64,000 bases of DNA, taken from positions 2,232,001 through 2,296,000 of the forward strand of contig JASTWF010000035.1 of assembly GCA_030390025.1 (NCBI GenBank), in the 5' to 3' direction. Below the pieces are notes generated by a model. That model ran no database searches. It worked only from the letters and a program-made list of their open reading frames with translations, and was not told the origin of the DNA. Below, piece after piece: positions 50,389 to 59,526 of this stretch. The stretch's first letter is position 1. Each line of letters begins with the position of its first letter. This DNA is from Squalus acanthias (lineage: Eukaryota). The position numbers were made by a program, and so were the translations under genes.

Positions 50389-53300
50389 CACAGCGGGAGA
50401 GAGAGAGAGAGAGAGAGAGAGAGCACAGCGGGAGAAGGAGAGAGAGAGAGAGAGCACAGCGGGAGAGGGAGAGAGAGAGAGAGAGCACAGCGGGAGAGAG
50501 AGAGAGAGAGAGAGAGCACAGCGGGAGAGAGAGAGAGAGAGAGAGAGCACAGCGGGAGAGGGAGAGAGAGAGAGAGCACAGCGGGAGAGAGAGAGAGAGA
50601 GAGAGAGAGAGCACAGCGGGAGAGAGAGAGAGAGAGAGAGAGAGCACAGCGGGAGAGAGAGAGAGAGAGAGAGAGAGCACAGCGGGAGAGAGAGAGAGAG
50701 AGAGAGAGAGCACAGCGGGAGAGGGAGAGAGAGAGAGAGAGCACAGCGGAGAGAGAGAGAGAGAGAGAGAGAGAGCACAGCGGGAGAGGGAGAGAGAGAG
50801 AGAGAGAGAGCACAGCGGGAGAGGGAGAGAGAGAGAGAGAGAGCACAGCGGGAGAGAGAGAGAGAGAGAGAGAGAGCACAGCGGGAGAGGGAGAGAGAGA
50901 GAGAGAGAGCACAGCGGGAGAGGGAGAGAGAGAGAGAGAGAGCACAGCGGGAGAGGGAGAGAGAGAGAGAGAGAGCACAGCGGGAGAGGGAGAGAGAGAG
51001 AGAGAGAGCACAGCGGGAGAGGGAGAGAGAGAGAGAGAGAGCACAGCGGGAGAGAGAGAGAGAGAGAGAGAGCACAGCGGGAGAGAGAGAGAGAGAGAGA
51101 GAGAGAGCACAGCGGGAGAGGGAGAGAGAGAGAGAGAGAGCACAGCGGGAGAGAGAGAGAGAGAGAGAGAGCACAGCGGGAGAGAGAGAGAGAGAGAGAG
51201 AGAGAGCACAGCGGGAGAGAGAGAGAGAGAGAGAGAGAGCACAGCGGAAGAGAGAGAGAGAGAGAGAGAGCACAGCGGGAGAGAGAGAGAGAGAGAGAGA
51301 GCACAGCGGAAGAGAGAGAGAGAGAGAGAGAGCACAGCGGGAGAGAGAGAGAGAGAGAGAGCACAGCGGGAGAGGGAGAGAGAGAGAGAGAGCACAGCGG
51401 GAGAGGGAGAGAGAGAGAGAGAGAGAGCACAGCGGGAGAGAGAGAGAGAGAGAGCACAGCGGGAGAGAGAGAGAGAGAGAGAGAGCACAGCGGGAGAGAG
51501 AGAGAGAGAGAGAGAGAGCACAGCGGGAGAGAGAGAGAGAGAGAGAGAGCACAGCGGGAGAGGGAGAGAGAGAGCACAGCGGGAGAGAGAGAGAGAGAGT
51601 GGACAGCGGAGAGGGAGATGGAGTGAACAGACAGCAGGAGAGGGAGAGAGAGAGGGGCAGGAGAGGGAGAGAGAGAGCACAGCGGGAGAGTGAGGGAGAG
51701 AGTGGACAGCGGAGAGGGAGATGGAGTGAACAGACAGCAGGAGAGGGTGACAGAGAGAGCGGACAGCAGGAGAACATCAGAAATAGGAGCAGGAATAGGC
51801 CACTTGGCCCCTCGAGCCTGCTCCGCCATTCAATAAGATCATGGCTGATCTTGGGCTCAAAGCCACTTCCCTGCCCGCTCCCCATAACCCTTCACTCCTT
51901 CATCTTGTAAAAATCTGTCTATCTCCACCTTAAATGTATTTAATGACCCAGCCTCCACAGCTCTCTGGGGCAGAGAATTCCACAGATTTACGACCCTCTG
52001 ATGAAGAAATTCCTCCTCATCTCAGTTCTAAAAGGGCGAACCTTATTCTGAAACTATGCCCCCGAGTTCTAGATTTCCCCACGAGGGGAAACATCCTCTC
52101 TGCATCTACCTTGTCGAGCCCCCTCAGTATCTTATATGTTTCAATAAGATCACCTCTCATTCTTCTAAATTCCAATGAGTATAGGCCCAGCCTGCTCAAC
52201 CTTTCCTCATAAGTCAAACCCCTTCATCTCTGGAATTAACCTAGTGAATCGTCTCTGAACTGCCTCCAATGCAAGTATATCCTTCCTTAAATAAGGAGAC
52301 CAAAACTGTACGCAGTACTCAAGGTGTGGTCTCACCAATACCCTGTACAGTTGTAGCAGGACTTCCCTACTTTTATACTCCAACCCCCTTGAAATAAAGG
52401 CCAACATTCCATTTGCCTTTTTGATTACTTGCTGTACCTGCATGCTAACTTTGTGTGTTTCATGCACAAGGACCCCCAGGTCCCTCTGAACTGTAGCATT
52501 TTGTAATCTCTCTCCATTTAAATAATAATTTGCTTTTTTATTTCTCCTGCCAAAGTGGATAACCTCACACTTTCCCACATTATACTCCATCTGCCAAATG
52601 TTTGCCCATTCATCTAGCCTGTCTATATCCCTTTGCAGATTCTTTGAGTCCTCTGCACAACTTGCTTTCCCACCTATCTTTGTATCATCTGCAAACTTGG
52701 CTACATTACACTCAGTCGCTTCATCCAAGTCATTAATGTAGATTGTAAATAGTTGAGGCCCCAGCACCGATCCCTGTGGCACCCCACCAGTTACCATTTG
52801 CCAACCGGAAAATGACCCATTTATCCCGACTCTCTGCTTTCTGTTAGTTAGCCTATTCTCTATCCATGCTAATATATTACCCCCAACTCCATGAGCTCTT
52901 ATCTTATGCAGTAACCTTTTATGTGGCACCTTATCGAATGCCTTCTGGAAATCCAAATACACGACATCTACTGGCTCACCCTTGTCCACCCTACTCGTTA
53001 CATCCTCAAATAACTCCAGCAAATTTGTTAAACATGATTTCCCTTTCATAAAACCATGCTGACTCTGTTTGACTGCATTATGATTTTCCAAATGCCCTGC
53101 ACAGCGGGAGAGGGAGAGAGAGAGCACAGCGGGAGAGAGAGAGAGCACAGCGGGAGAGAGAGAGAGAGAGAGAGAGAGCACAGCGGGAGAGGGAGAGAGA
53201 GAGAGAGAGAGCACAGCGGGAGAAGGAGAGAGAGCACAGCGGGAGAGAGAGAGAGAGCACAGCGGGAGAGGGAGAGAGAGAGAGAGAGCACAGCGGGAGA

Positions 53301-53473
53301 AGGAGAGAGAGCACAGCGGGAGAGAGAGAGAGAGAGCACAGCGGGAGAGGGAGAGAGAGAGAGAGAGCACAGCGGGAGAGAGAGAGAGAGAGAGAGAGCA
53401 CAGCGGGAGAGAGAGAGAGAGAGAGAGAGCACAGCGGGAGAGAGAGAGAGATAGAGAGCACAGCGGGAGAGGG

Positions 53474-53521
<48 letters not shown>

Positions 53522-53754
53522 CACAGCGGGGAGAGAGAGAGAGAGAGAGAGCACAGCGGGAGAGAGAGAGAGAGAGAGAGAGCACAGCGGGAGAGAGAGA
53601 GAGAGAGAGAGAGCACAGCGGGAGAAGGAGAGAGAGCACAGCGGGAGAGAGAGAGAGAGAGCACAGCGGGAGAGGGAGAGAGAGAGAGAGAGCACAGCGG
53701 GAGAGAGAGAGAGAGAGAGAGCACAGCGGGAGAGAGAGAGAGAGAGAGCACAGC

Positions 53755-53792
<38 letters not shown>

Positions 53793-53888
53793 ACAGCGGG
53801 AGAGAGAGAGAGAGAGAGAGCACAGCGGGAGAGGGAGAGAGAGAGAGAGAGCACAGCGGGAGAGAGAGAGAGAGAGAGAGAGCACAGC

Positions 53889-53926
<38 letters not shown>

Positions 53927-53931
53927 ACAGC

Positions 53932-53969
<38 letters not shown>

Positions 53970-54440
53970 ACAGCGGGAGAGAGAGAGAGAGAGAGAGCAC
54001 AGCGGGAGAGGGAGAGAGAGAGAGAGAGCACAGCGGGAGAGAGAGAGAGAGAGAGCACAGCAGGAGAGAGAGAGAGAGAGAGCACAGCGGGAGAGAGAGA
54101 GAGAGAGAGAGAGCACAGCGGGAGAGAGAGAGAGAGAGAGAGAGCACAGCGGGAGAGAGAGAGAGAGAGAGAGAGAGCACAGCGGGAGAGAGAGAGAGAG
54201 AGAGAGAGAGAGCACAGCGGGAGAGAGAGAGAGAGAGAGAGAGAGAGCACAGCGGGAGAGAGAGAGAGAGAGAGAGCACAGCGGGAGAGAGAGAGAGAGA
54301 GAGAGCACAGCGGGAGAGAGAGAGAGAGAGAGAGAGAGAGCACAGCGGGAGAGAGAGAGAGAGAGAGAGAGAGGACAGCGGGAGAGAGAGAGAGAGAGCA
54401 CAGCGGGAGAGAGAGAGAGAGAGAGGACAGCGGGAGAGGG

Positions 54441-54471
<31 letters not shown>

Positions 54472-54730
54472 GAGACAGACAGAGAGAGAGAGAGAGGGAG
54501 AGAGAGAGAGACAGAGAGAGAGAGAGAGCACAGCGGGAGAGAGAGAGAGAGAGCACAGCGGGAGAGAGAGAGAGAGAGCACAGCGGGAGAGAGAGAGAGA
54601 GAGCACAGCGGGAGAGAGAGAGAGAGAGGACAGCGGGAGAGAGAGAGAGAGAGAGAGCACAGCGGGAGAGGGAGAGAGAGAGAGAGAGCACAGCGGGAGA
54701 GAGAGAGAGAGAGAGCACAGCGGGAGAGGG

Positions 54731-54761
<31 letters not shown>

Positions 54762-54886
54762 GAGACAGAGAGAGAGAGAGAGCACAGCGGGAGAGAGAGA
54801 GAGAGAGCACAGCGGGAGAGAGAGAGAGAGAGAGAGAGAGAGCACAGCGGGAGAGAGAGAGAGAGAGAGAGCACAGCGGGAGAGGG

Positions 54887-54917
<31 letters not shown>

Positions 54918-57900
54918 GAGACAGAGAGAGAGAGAGAGCACAGCGGGAGAGAGAGAGAGAGAGCACAGCGGGAGAGGGAGAGAGAGAGAGAGAGCACAGC
55001 GGGAGAGAGAGAGAGAGAGAGAGAGCACAGCGGGAGAGAGAGAGAGAGAGCACAGCGGGAGAGAGAGAGAGAGAGCACAGCGGGAGAGGGAAGAGAGCAC
55101 AGCGGGAGAGGGAGAGAGAGAGAGCACAGCGGGAGAAGGAGAGAGAGCACAGCGGGAGAGAGAGAGAGAGCACAGCGGGAGAGGGAGAGAGAGAGGGAGA
55201 GCACAGCGGGAGAGGGAGAGAGAGAGAGCACAGCGGGAGAGGGAGAGAGAGAGAGAGAGCACAGCGGGAGAGAGAGAGAGAGAGAGAGCACAGCGGGAGA
55301 GGGAGAGAGAGAGAGAGAGAGCACAGCGGGTGAGGGAGAGAGAGAGCACAGCGGGAGAGGGATAGAAAGCACAGCGGGAGAGAGAGAGAGAGTGCAATGG
55401 CAGAGGGAGGGTGAGCACAGTGGGAGAGAGAGGGAGAGAGCGGACAGCGGAGAGGGAGACGGAGTGATCAGACAGCAGGAGAGGGAGAGAGAGAGAGAGG
55501 TGGGAGATGGAGAAAGAAAGAGCAGACAGCGGGAGAGGGAGAGAGAGAGGGGCAGGAGAGGGTGACAGAGAGAGCGGACAGCAGGAGAACATCAGAAATA
55601 GGAGCAGGAATAGGCCACTTGGCCCCTCGAGCCTGCTCCGCCATTCAATAAGATCATGGCTGATCTTGGGCTCAAAGCCACTTCCCTGCCCGCTCCCCAT
55701 AACCCTTCACTCCTTCATCTTGTAAAAATCTGTCTATCTCCACCTTAAATGTATTTAATGACCCAGCCTCCACAGCTCTCTGGGGCAGAGAATTCCACAG
55801 ATTTACGACCCTCTGATGAAGAAATTCCTCCTCATCTCAGTTCTAAAAGGGCGACCCTTTATTCTGAAACTATGCCCCCGAGTTCTAGATTTCCCCACGA
55901 GGGGAAACATCCTCTCTGCATCTACCTTGTCAAGCCCCCTCAGTATCTTATATGTTTCAATAAGATCACCTCTCATTCTTCTAAATTCCAATGAGTATAG
56001 GCCCAGCCTGCTCAACCTTTCCTCATAAGTCAAACCCCTTCATCTCTGGAATTAACCTAGTGAATCGTCTCTGAACTGCCTCCAATGCAAGTATATCCTT
56101 CCTTAAATAAGGAGACCAAAACTGTACGCAGTACTCAAGGTGTGGTCTCACCAATACCCTGTACAGTTGTAGCAGGACTTCCCTACTTTTATACTCCAAC
56201 CCCCTTGAAATAAAGGCCAACATTCCATTTGCCTTTTTGATTACTTGCTGTACCTGCATGCTAACTTTGTGTGTTTCATGCACAAGGACCCCCAGGTCCC
56301 TCTGAACTGTAGCATTTTGTAATCTCTCTCCATTTAAATAATAATTTGCTTTTTTATTTCTCCTGCCAAAGTGGATAACCTCGCACTTTCCCACATTATA
56401 CTCCATCTGCCAAATGTTTGCCCATTCATCTAGCCTGTCTATATCCCTTTGCAGATTCTTTGAGTCCTCTGCACAACTTGCTTTCCCACCCATCTTTGTA
56501 TCATCTGCAAACTTGGCTACATTACACTCAGTCGTTTCATCCAAGTCATTAATGTAGATTGTAAATAGTTGAGGCCCCAGCACCGATCCCTGTGGCACCC
56601 CACCAGTTACCATTTGCCAACCGGAAAATGACCCATTTATCCCAACTCTCTGCTTTCTGTTAGTTAGCCTATTCTCTATCCATGCTAATATATTACCCCC
56701 AACTCCATGAGCTCTTATCTTATGCAGTAACCTTTTATGTGGCACCTTATCGAATGCCTTCTGGAAATCCAAATACACCACATCCACTGGCTCACCCTTG
56801 TCCACCCTACTCGTTACATCCTCAAATAACTCCAGCAAATTTGTTAAACATGATTTCCCTTTCATAAAACCATGCTGACTCTGTTTGACTGCATTATGAT
56901 TTTCCAAATGCCCTGCTACTGCTTCCTTAATGAAGGACTCCAGCATTTTCTCAACGACAGATGTTAGTCTAACTGGTCTATAGTTTCCTGCTTTCTGTCT
57001 CCCTCCTTTCTTAAATAGGGGTGTTACATTTGCGGTTTTCCAATCCGCTGGGACCTCTCCAGAGTCCAGGGAATTTTGGTATATTGCAGCCACTTCTTTT
57101 AAGACCCTGGGATGCAGGCCATCTGGTCTAGGGGACTTGTCATCTTTTAGTCCCATTATTTTACTGAGTACTATTTCCTTAGTGATAGTGATTGTCTTTA
57201 GTTCCCCCCCTCCCTGTGGCCCCTTGATTATCCATTATTGGGAAGTTGTTCGTGTCTTCTACCTTGAAGACAGATACAGAATATTTGTTCAGAGTCTCAG
57301 CCATTTCCACGTTCCCCATTATTAATTCCCCAGTCTCATCCTCTAAGAGACCAATGTTAACTTTAGCTACTCTCTTCCTTTTATATACCTGTAGAAGCTC
57401 TTACTTTCTGTTTGAATATTTCTTGCCAGTTTACTCTCATAATTCATCTTCTCCCTCATTATTATTTTTTTACTCATCCTTTGCTGGTTTTTAAAAATTT
57501 CCCAATCCTCTGGCCTCCCACATATCTTGACAACATTGTATGCCTTCGTTTTCAATTTGATACCATACTTTACTTCCTTAGTTAGCCACAGATGGTGCTC
57601 CCTTCTCTTAAAATCTTTCTTTCTCACTGGAATATATTTTATTAAATGTCTGCCACTGCATTTCAACTGTCTTACCTTTTAATTTATTTTTCCAGTCCAC
57701 TTTAGCCAGTTCTGCCCTCATGCCACTGTAATTGCCCTAGCTTAAAATCAGGACACTGGTTTGAGATACAACTTTCTCACCCTCCAACTGAATTTGAAAT
57801 TCAACCATGTTATGATCACTCTTTCCTAGAGGATCCTTTATTATGAGATAATTTATTAATTCTGTCTCATTACACAGTACCAGATCAAAGATAGCCTGCT

Positions 57901-59474
57901 CCCTGGTTGGTTCCATTACATACTGTTCAGGGAAACCATCCCGGATGCACTCTATGAACTCCTCCCCAAGGCTCCCATGGCCAATTTGATTTGTCCAATC
58001 AATATGGAGATTAAAATCACCCATGATTATTACCGTACAGATTTTTACAGGCCTCCATTATTTGTTGATTTATACTCCGTGACAGTGAGAGAGAGGCGGG
58101 AGTGGGAGACAGAGAGAGAGAGCGGCGGGAGAGGGAGACATAAGAACATAAGAAATAGGAGCAGGAGTCGGCCATTCGGCTCTTCGAGCCTGCTGCGCCA
58201 TTCAATGAGATCATGGCTGATCTTCTGCCTCAACTCCATACACCGGCCCTATCGCCATATCGCTTGATGCCTTTACTAGTCAGAAATCTATCGACTTCTG
58301 TTTTGAATATATCCAATGACTGAGCCTCCACAGCCCTCTGGGGTAGAGAATTCCAAAGATTCATCACCCTCTGTGTAAAGAAATTTCTTCTCATCTCAGT
58401 CCTGAATGGCCTACCCTTTATCCTGAGGCTGTGGCCCCTGTTTCTAGACTCCCCAGCCAAGGGAACCATTCTCCCAGCATCTACCCTATCAAGCCCTGTA
58501 ATAATTTTGAATGCTTCAATGAGATCCCCTCTCATTCTTCTGAATTCAAGAGAATACAGGCCTAGTTTACTCAATCTCTTCTCATACGACAGTCCCGCCA
58601 TCCCAGGAATCAATCTCGTGAACCTTCGTTGCACTCCCTCTATGGCAAGTATATCCTTCCTTAGGTAAGGAGACCAAAATTGTACACAGTACTCCAGGTG
58701 TGGTCTCACCAAGGCCCTATATAATTGGAGTAAGACTTCTTTACTCCTGTACTCAAATCCTCTTGTAATGAAGGCCAGCATACCATTTGCCTTCCTAATG
58801 GCTTGCTGCACCTGCACATTCACTTTCAGTGACTCATGTACAAGGACACCCAGGTCCCTTTGAGCATCTGCATTCCCCAATCTTTCACCATTTAGGAAAT
58901 ACTCTTAGGAGACAGAGAGAGCTGACAGCAGGAGAGGGAGATTGAAAGAGAGGACACCGGGAGAGGGAGGCAAATAAGAAAAGGAGGCACAGCAAACAAA
59001 GAAACTGGTGTTTAGATGCTTTTGAAGGGTGCGAGAGGAACAAAGTGGTTCTGGGTGAGAGTGGCAAAGCACAGCGTGGCAATACCTGAGCTTTTCTGCA
59101 ATGAGAGAGTTATCCAGTTTCAGAGTGTGGGCAATACGGCTGCAGAAGATCACTCACATAGAGGGCTCAGACCACCGAGATATTTCAGACTTAGGGTGAG
59201 GGCCTCAGCGATTTTCTGGGGAGCTGAGAGCCAGTGAGTCGGCATGTCTGAGGCCAAAGGTTTCAAGCATTGAGAGTGACCACAATACCGCATTTAATGG
59301 CAATTTCATTTTGACCCGGCTGTTAGCAGGAGGAGTCATTAACAGAGGCGTGGAAGAGGAAGGCTAACCTGCCATCAGTGTGAACAGAGTCTCCATACTC
59401 ACCAAGTCCACTGTATTCGCAGTATTGATCACTCGCCGCACCACAGCATCTTTTTTATTCTTCAGATTCTGATA
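5530..59474 (-). CDS. ADAM-family metalloprotease-disintegrin gene, partial (5 internal exons: catalytic domain plus start of the disintegrin domain); ADAM15-like within the ADAM8/12/15/19/33 group
   Basis: Exons of 72+167+85+143+178 = 645 nt, all with AG/GT ends and compatible phases (0-0, 0-2, 2-0, 0-2, 2-0). Spliced product: [215 protein letters not shown]. Orthology is not established. Confidence 0.95.
6030..6265 (+). mobile_element. Old Harbinger Myb/SANT-like ORF fragment
   Basis: [32 protein letters not shown] parallels [30 protein letters not shown] of the Harbinger ORF2 in this window. Confidence 0.7.
7525..8816 (+). mobile_element. Penelope-like retroelement, 5'-truncated: RT C-terminus, GIY-YIG endonuclease and 3' pLTR-like region
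   Basis: FLDTRI/LYRKPT/HP...[27 protein letters not shown]...WYIGET...RMNGHR and GLN, with the stop ending at 8502. 11-bp TSD ttcatttagaa at 7514-7524 and 8817-8827. Confidence 0.92.
8731..8766 (+). ncRNA. Putative minimal type I hammerhead ribozyme in the Penelope 3' region
   Basis: TAC-CTGAAGA-A-GGAGC-GACA-GCTCT-GAAA-GC-T-T-GTA: CUGANGA and GAAA cores, a 5-bp helix II, a palindromic AGCT in place of helix III, and a 3-bp helix I. Confidence 0.65.
9695..10030 (+). mobile_element. CR1 RT N-terminal fragment
   Basis: [20 protein letters not shown] and YLDFQKAFD. Confidence 0.85.
10989..12148 (+). pseudogene. Harbinger DDE transposase (HARBI1-like family), with one frameshift and a probable catalytic E>K
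   Basis: [65 protein letters not shown] 1-nt loss at about 11967 (LHN-MAILR reads catacatg); the true C-terminus is the acidic tail of ORF 11951-12148. Confidence 0.92.
12461..14229 (-). CDS. Harbinger ORF2, Myb/SANT-like DNA-binding protein; 3 exons (14229-13993, 13762-13600, 13440-12461), 459 aa
   Basis: [11 protein letters not shown]...VWREVAQSV...[17 protein letters not shown] introns in phases 0 and 1; 1380 nt open including the stop; exon 2 has RTGGG and the C-terminus is basic. Confidence 0.85.
15102..15746 (-). mobile_element. Harbinger MITE, same family as 2049-2943, opposite orientation and shorter
   Basis: TIRs gggggagaaatt / aatttttccccc with TSD ATA; reverse-complement similarity to 2049-2943. 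Confidence 0.9.
16131..16690 (+). mobile_element. CR1 RT fragment, degenerate
   Basis: [20 protein letters not shown] and KFADDTK. Confidence 0.85.
16695..17925 (-). mobile_element. CR1 LINE, 5'-truncated (RT core to 3' tail)
   Basis: ORFs 17443-17898 and 16781-17590; tail at 16695-16780. Confidence 0.92.
17962..18230 (+). repeat. 94-bp tandem monomers (about 2.9 copies) at the CR1 5' end
   Basis: acctgcgagggaac recurs at 17987, 18081 and 18175. Confidence 0.9.
18493..19437 (+). CDS. CR1 ORF1: zinc finger/leucine zipper plus SGNH esterase domain (314 aa, open)
   Basis: [38 protein letters not shown] and DGLHL. Confidence 0.9.
   Translation: MAGQLGAVTCSSCTMWEIRDTSCVPDNYVCGRCIQLQLLTDRIVVLELRMDAYWSICDAEDIVDSTLRELVTPQVKGVQAGREWVTTRQSNRRWEVVQGSPVAILLSNRYTALDIVEGDGLSGEDSSSQLPSTVGGSAAQDGRKKSGRAIVIGDSIVMGIDRHFCGRKRDSRMVCCLPGARVKDVSERQQSILEGEGEQPVVVVHIGINDIGKKRDEVLTAEYRELGGKLKNRTSKVVISGLLPVPRASQSRHRRIFQMNTWLEEWYKGEGFKFLGHWNRFWGRWDQYKPDGLHLGRAGTDVLGGVFASALGRV
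21738..22093 (+). mobile_element. 356-bp Harbinger fragment nearly identical to 14164-14519 (ORF2 start and upstream region), no TIR
   Basis: Comparison by eye found 2 substitutions. Confidence 0.93.
22091..24355 (-). mobile_element. CR1 ORF2 (APE plus RT core), both ends missing
   Basis: ORFs 23118-24293 (APE) and 22042-23070 (RT); stops at KKANGML. Confidence 0.92.
24524..25286. mobile_element. MITE, probably Harbinger-type, inserted in a minus-strand CR1 fragment
   Basis: TIRs ggcccaaaaatt / aatttctgggcc; GC-rich arms and AT-rich core; CR1 sequence resumes across it. TSD imperfect (atc/aat). Confidence 0.7.
25550..26255 (+). mobile_element. Harbinger MITE, family B
   Basis: Ends gggggggaaatt / aacctttagccc with TSD ATG (gaatctATGgaatttt restored); similar along its length to 41638-42410. 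Confidence 0.85.
26431..26718 (-). mobile_element. 5'-truncated HE1-like V-SINE with a CR1-derived 3' tail
   Basis: gggtcaatttatcatagccaaatcaacctaacccgcacatttttggactgtgggag recognised as a V-SINE core, joined to a CR1-type tail at 26431-26545. Confidence 0.65.
26781..27612 (+). mobile_element. Harbinger-type MITE, family C
   Basis: Perfect 12-bp TIR gggctggatttt / aaaatccagccc with TSD AAA. Confidence 0.88.
29123..29265 (-). CDS. ADAM exon (143 nt): zinc-binding site and Met-turn
   Basis: Acceptor tgttccctcttag|GAC and donor GG|gtgaga. Encodes [12 protein letters not shown] (HExxHxxGxxHD) and GCIM. Confidence 0.96.
29365..30122 (+). mobile_element. Harbinger-type MITE, family C (same TIR, different interior)
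   Basis: Perfect 12-bp TIR gggctggatttt / aaaatccagccc with TSD AAA; left arm similar to that of 26781. Confidence 0.88.
30363..30556. repeat. 38-bp G-rich minisatellite, about 5 copies
   Basis: Unit ggggcaaaggtcagtgtggggatggctggggggccaat. Confidence 0.92.
30706..31533. repeat. 20-bp C-rich minisatellite, degenerating rightwards
   Basis: Unit ccgcgatcaccgacccccca. Confidence 0.92.
31533..33103 (+). mobile_element. CR1 LINE, 5'-truncated (RT to 3' tail)
   Basis: [12 protein letters not shown] through to the tail cttatgttcctatgtt; frameshifted ORFs 31484-33003. Confidence 0.93.
33101..40234. repeat. 7.1-kb complex microsatellite: (CT)n punctuated by CAGT, CACAGT, CACGCAGT and CACTCACAGT
   Basis: Direct reading. 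Confidence 0.97.
40418..40920 (+). mobile_element. CR1 3' end (ctatgatt subfamily)
   Basis: [12 protein letters not shown]...[10 protein letters not shown], then the tail. Confidence 0.9.
41307..41391 (-). CDS. ADAM exon (85 nt): metalloprotease domain
   Basis: Acceptor cttttgcag|T and donor ATG|gtgagc. Encodes [28 protein letters not shown]. Confidence 0.93.
41638..42410 (+). mobile_element. Harbinger MITE, family B
   Basis: TIRs gggggaaaaatt / aatttttacccc; subterminal sequence shared with 10477-14588; flanks cta/aca do not match. Confidence 0.85.
42511..43560 (-). mobile_element. CR1 copy with two internal deletions
   Basis: ORF 42605-43240 jumps AIYQN>DLDEG and HFGRKN>RTEMRR; tail at 42511-42600. 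Confidence 0.88.
43565..44215 (+). mobile_element. Ancient non-LTR RT fragment, RTE-like
   Basis: [27 protein letters not shown] and [25 protein letters not shown]. Confidence 0.6.
44225..44700 (+). pseudogene. Old Harbinger transposase C-terminal fragment
   Basis: [11 protein letters not shown]...[13 protein letters not shown]...[10 protein letters not shown], then [12 protein letters not shown] in a broken frame. Confidence 0.85.
44823..44989 (-). CDS. ADAM exon (167 nt): metalloprotease domain
   Basis: Acceptor cccttctccag|TAC and donor AT|gtgagt. Encodes [18 protein letters not shown]...FLQWR...NDNAHLI. Confidence 0.95.
45270..47320. repeat. GA-rich complex microsatellite, block 1 (GGACAG[A/C]GGG grading into GCACAGCGG units)
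   Basis: Direct reading. Confidence 0.95.
47321..48651 (-). mobile_element. CR1 3' 1.33 kb, duplicate copy 1
   Basis: Near-identical to 51771-53100 and 55586-56916. Confidence 0.95.
48650..51770. repeat. GA-rich complex microsatellite, block 2: (GA)n-GCACAGCGG
   Basis: Direct reading. Confidence 0.96.
51771..53100 (-). mobile_element. CR1 3' 1.33 kb, duplicate copy 2
   Basis: Same breakpoints and same frameshifts as copy 1. Confidence 0.95.
53099..55585. repeat. GA-rich complex microsatellite, block 3
   Basis: Direct reading. Confidence 0.96.
55586..58080 (-). mobile_element. CR1 (APE C-terminus, RT, 3' tail), the long parent of the duplicated copies
   Basis: [10 protein letters not shown]...SDHN (57737-58024) and RT ORF 56023-57156. 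Confidence 0.93.
58139..58900 (-). mobile_element. CR1 3' end, same subfamily as 694-1186
   Basis: ORF 58230-58880; tail cataagaacataag. Confidence 0.92.
59403..59474 (-). CDS. ADAM exon (72 nt): N-terminal helix of the metalloprotease domain
   Basis: Acceptor ttcctttcag|TAT and donor TTG|gtgagt. Encodes [24 protein letters not shown], which joins in frame to YYRPFNIR. Confidence 0.88.
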
Positions 59475-59526
59475 CTGAAAGGAATCCAAACGATTGGTGA
59501 TGATTCAGTGAGCAAAATAGCTCAAT

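Noticed and set aside
48650..55585. Constant GCACAGCGG motif with variable-length intervals, superficially CRISPR-like
   Set aside because: The intervals are only (GA)n, not unique spacers; there are no cas genes and the context is a eukaryotic intron.
33101..55585. Many CACAGTC and CACAGCG motifs resembling the RAG heptamer CACAGTG
   Set aside because: No ACAAAAACC-like nonamer at 12 or 23 bp and no V, D or J segments were seen.
45211..55700. ER-rich and SL-rich ORFs of 200-1066 aa, including apparent (SL)n-RT fusions at 47758-50322 and 52207-55173
   Set aside because: Stop-free GA/CT satellite reading into duplicated, frameshifted CR1 fragments.
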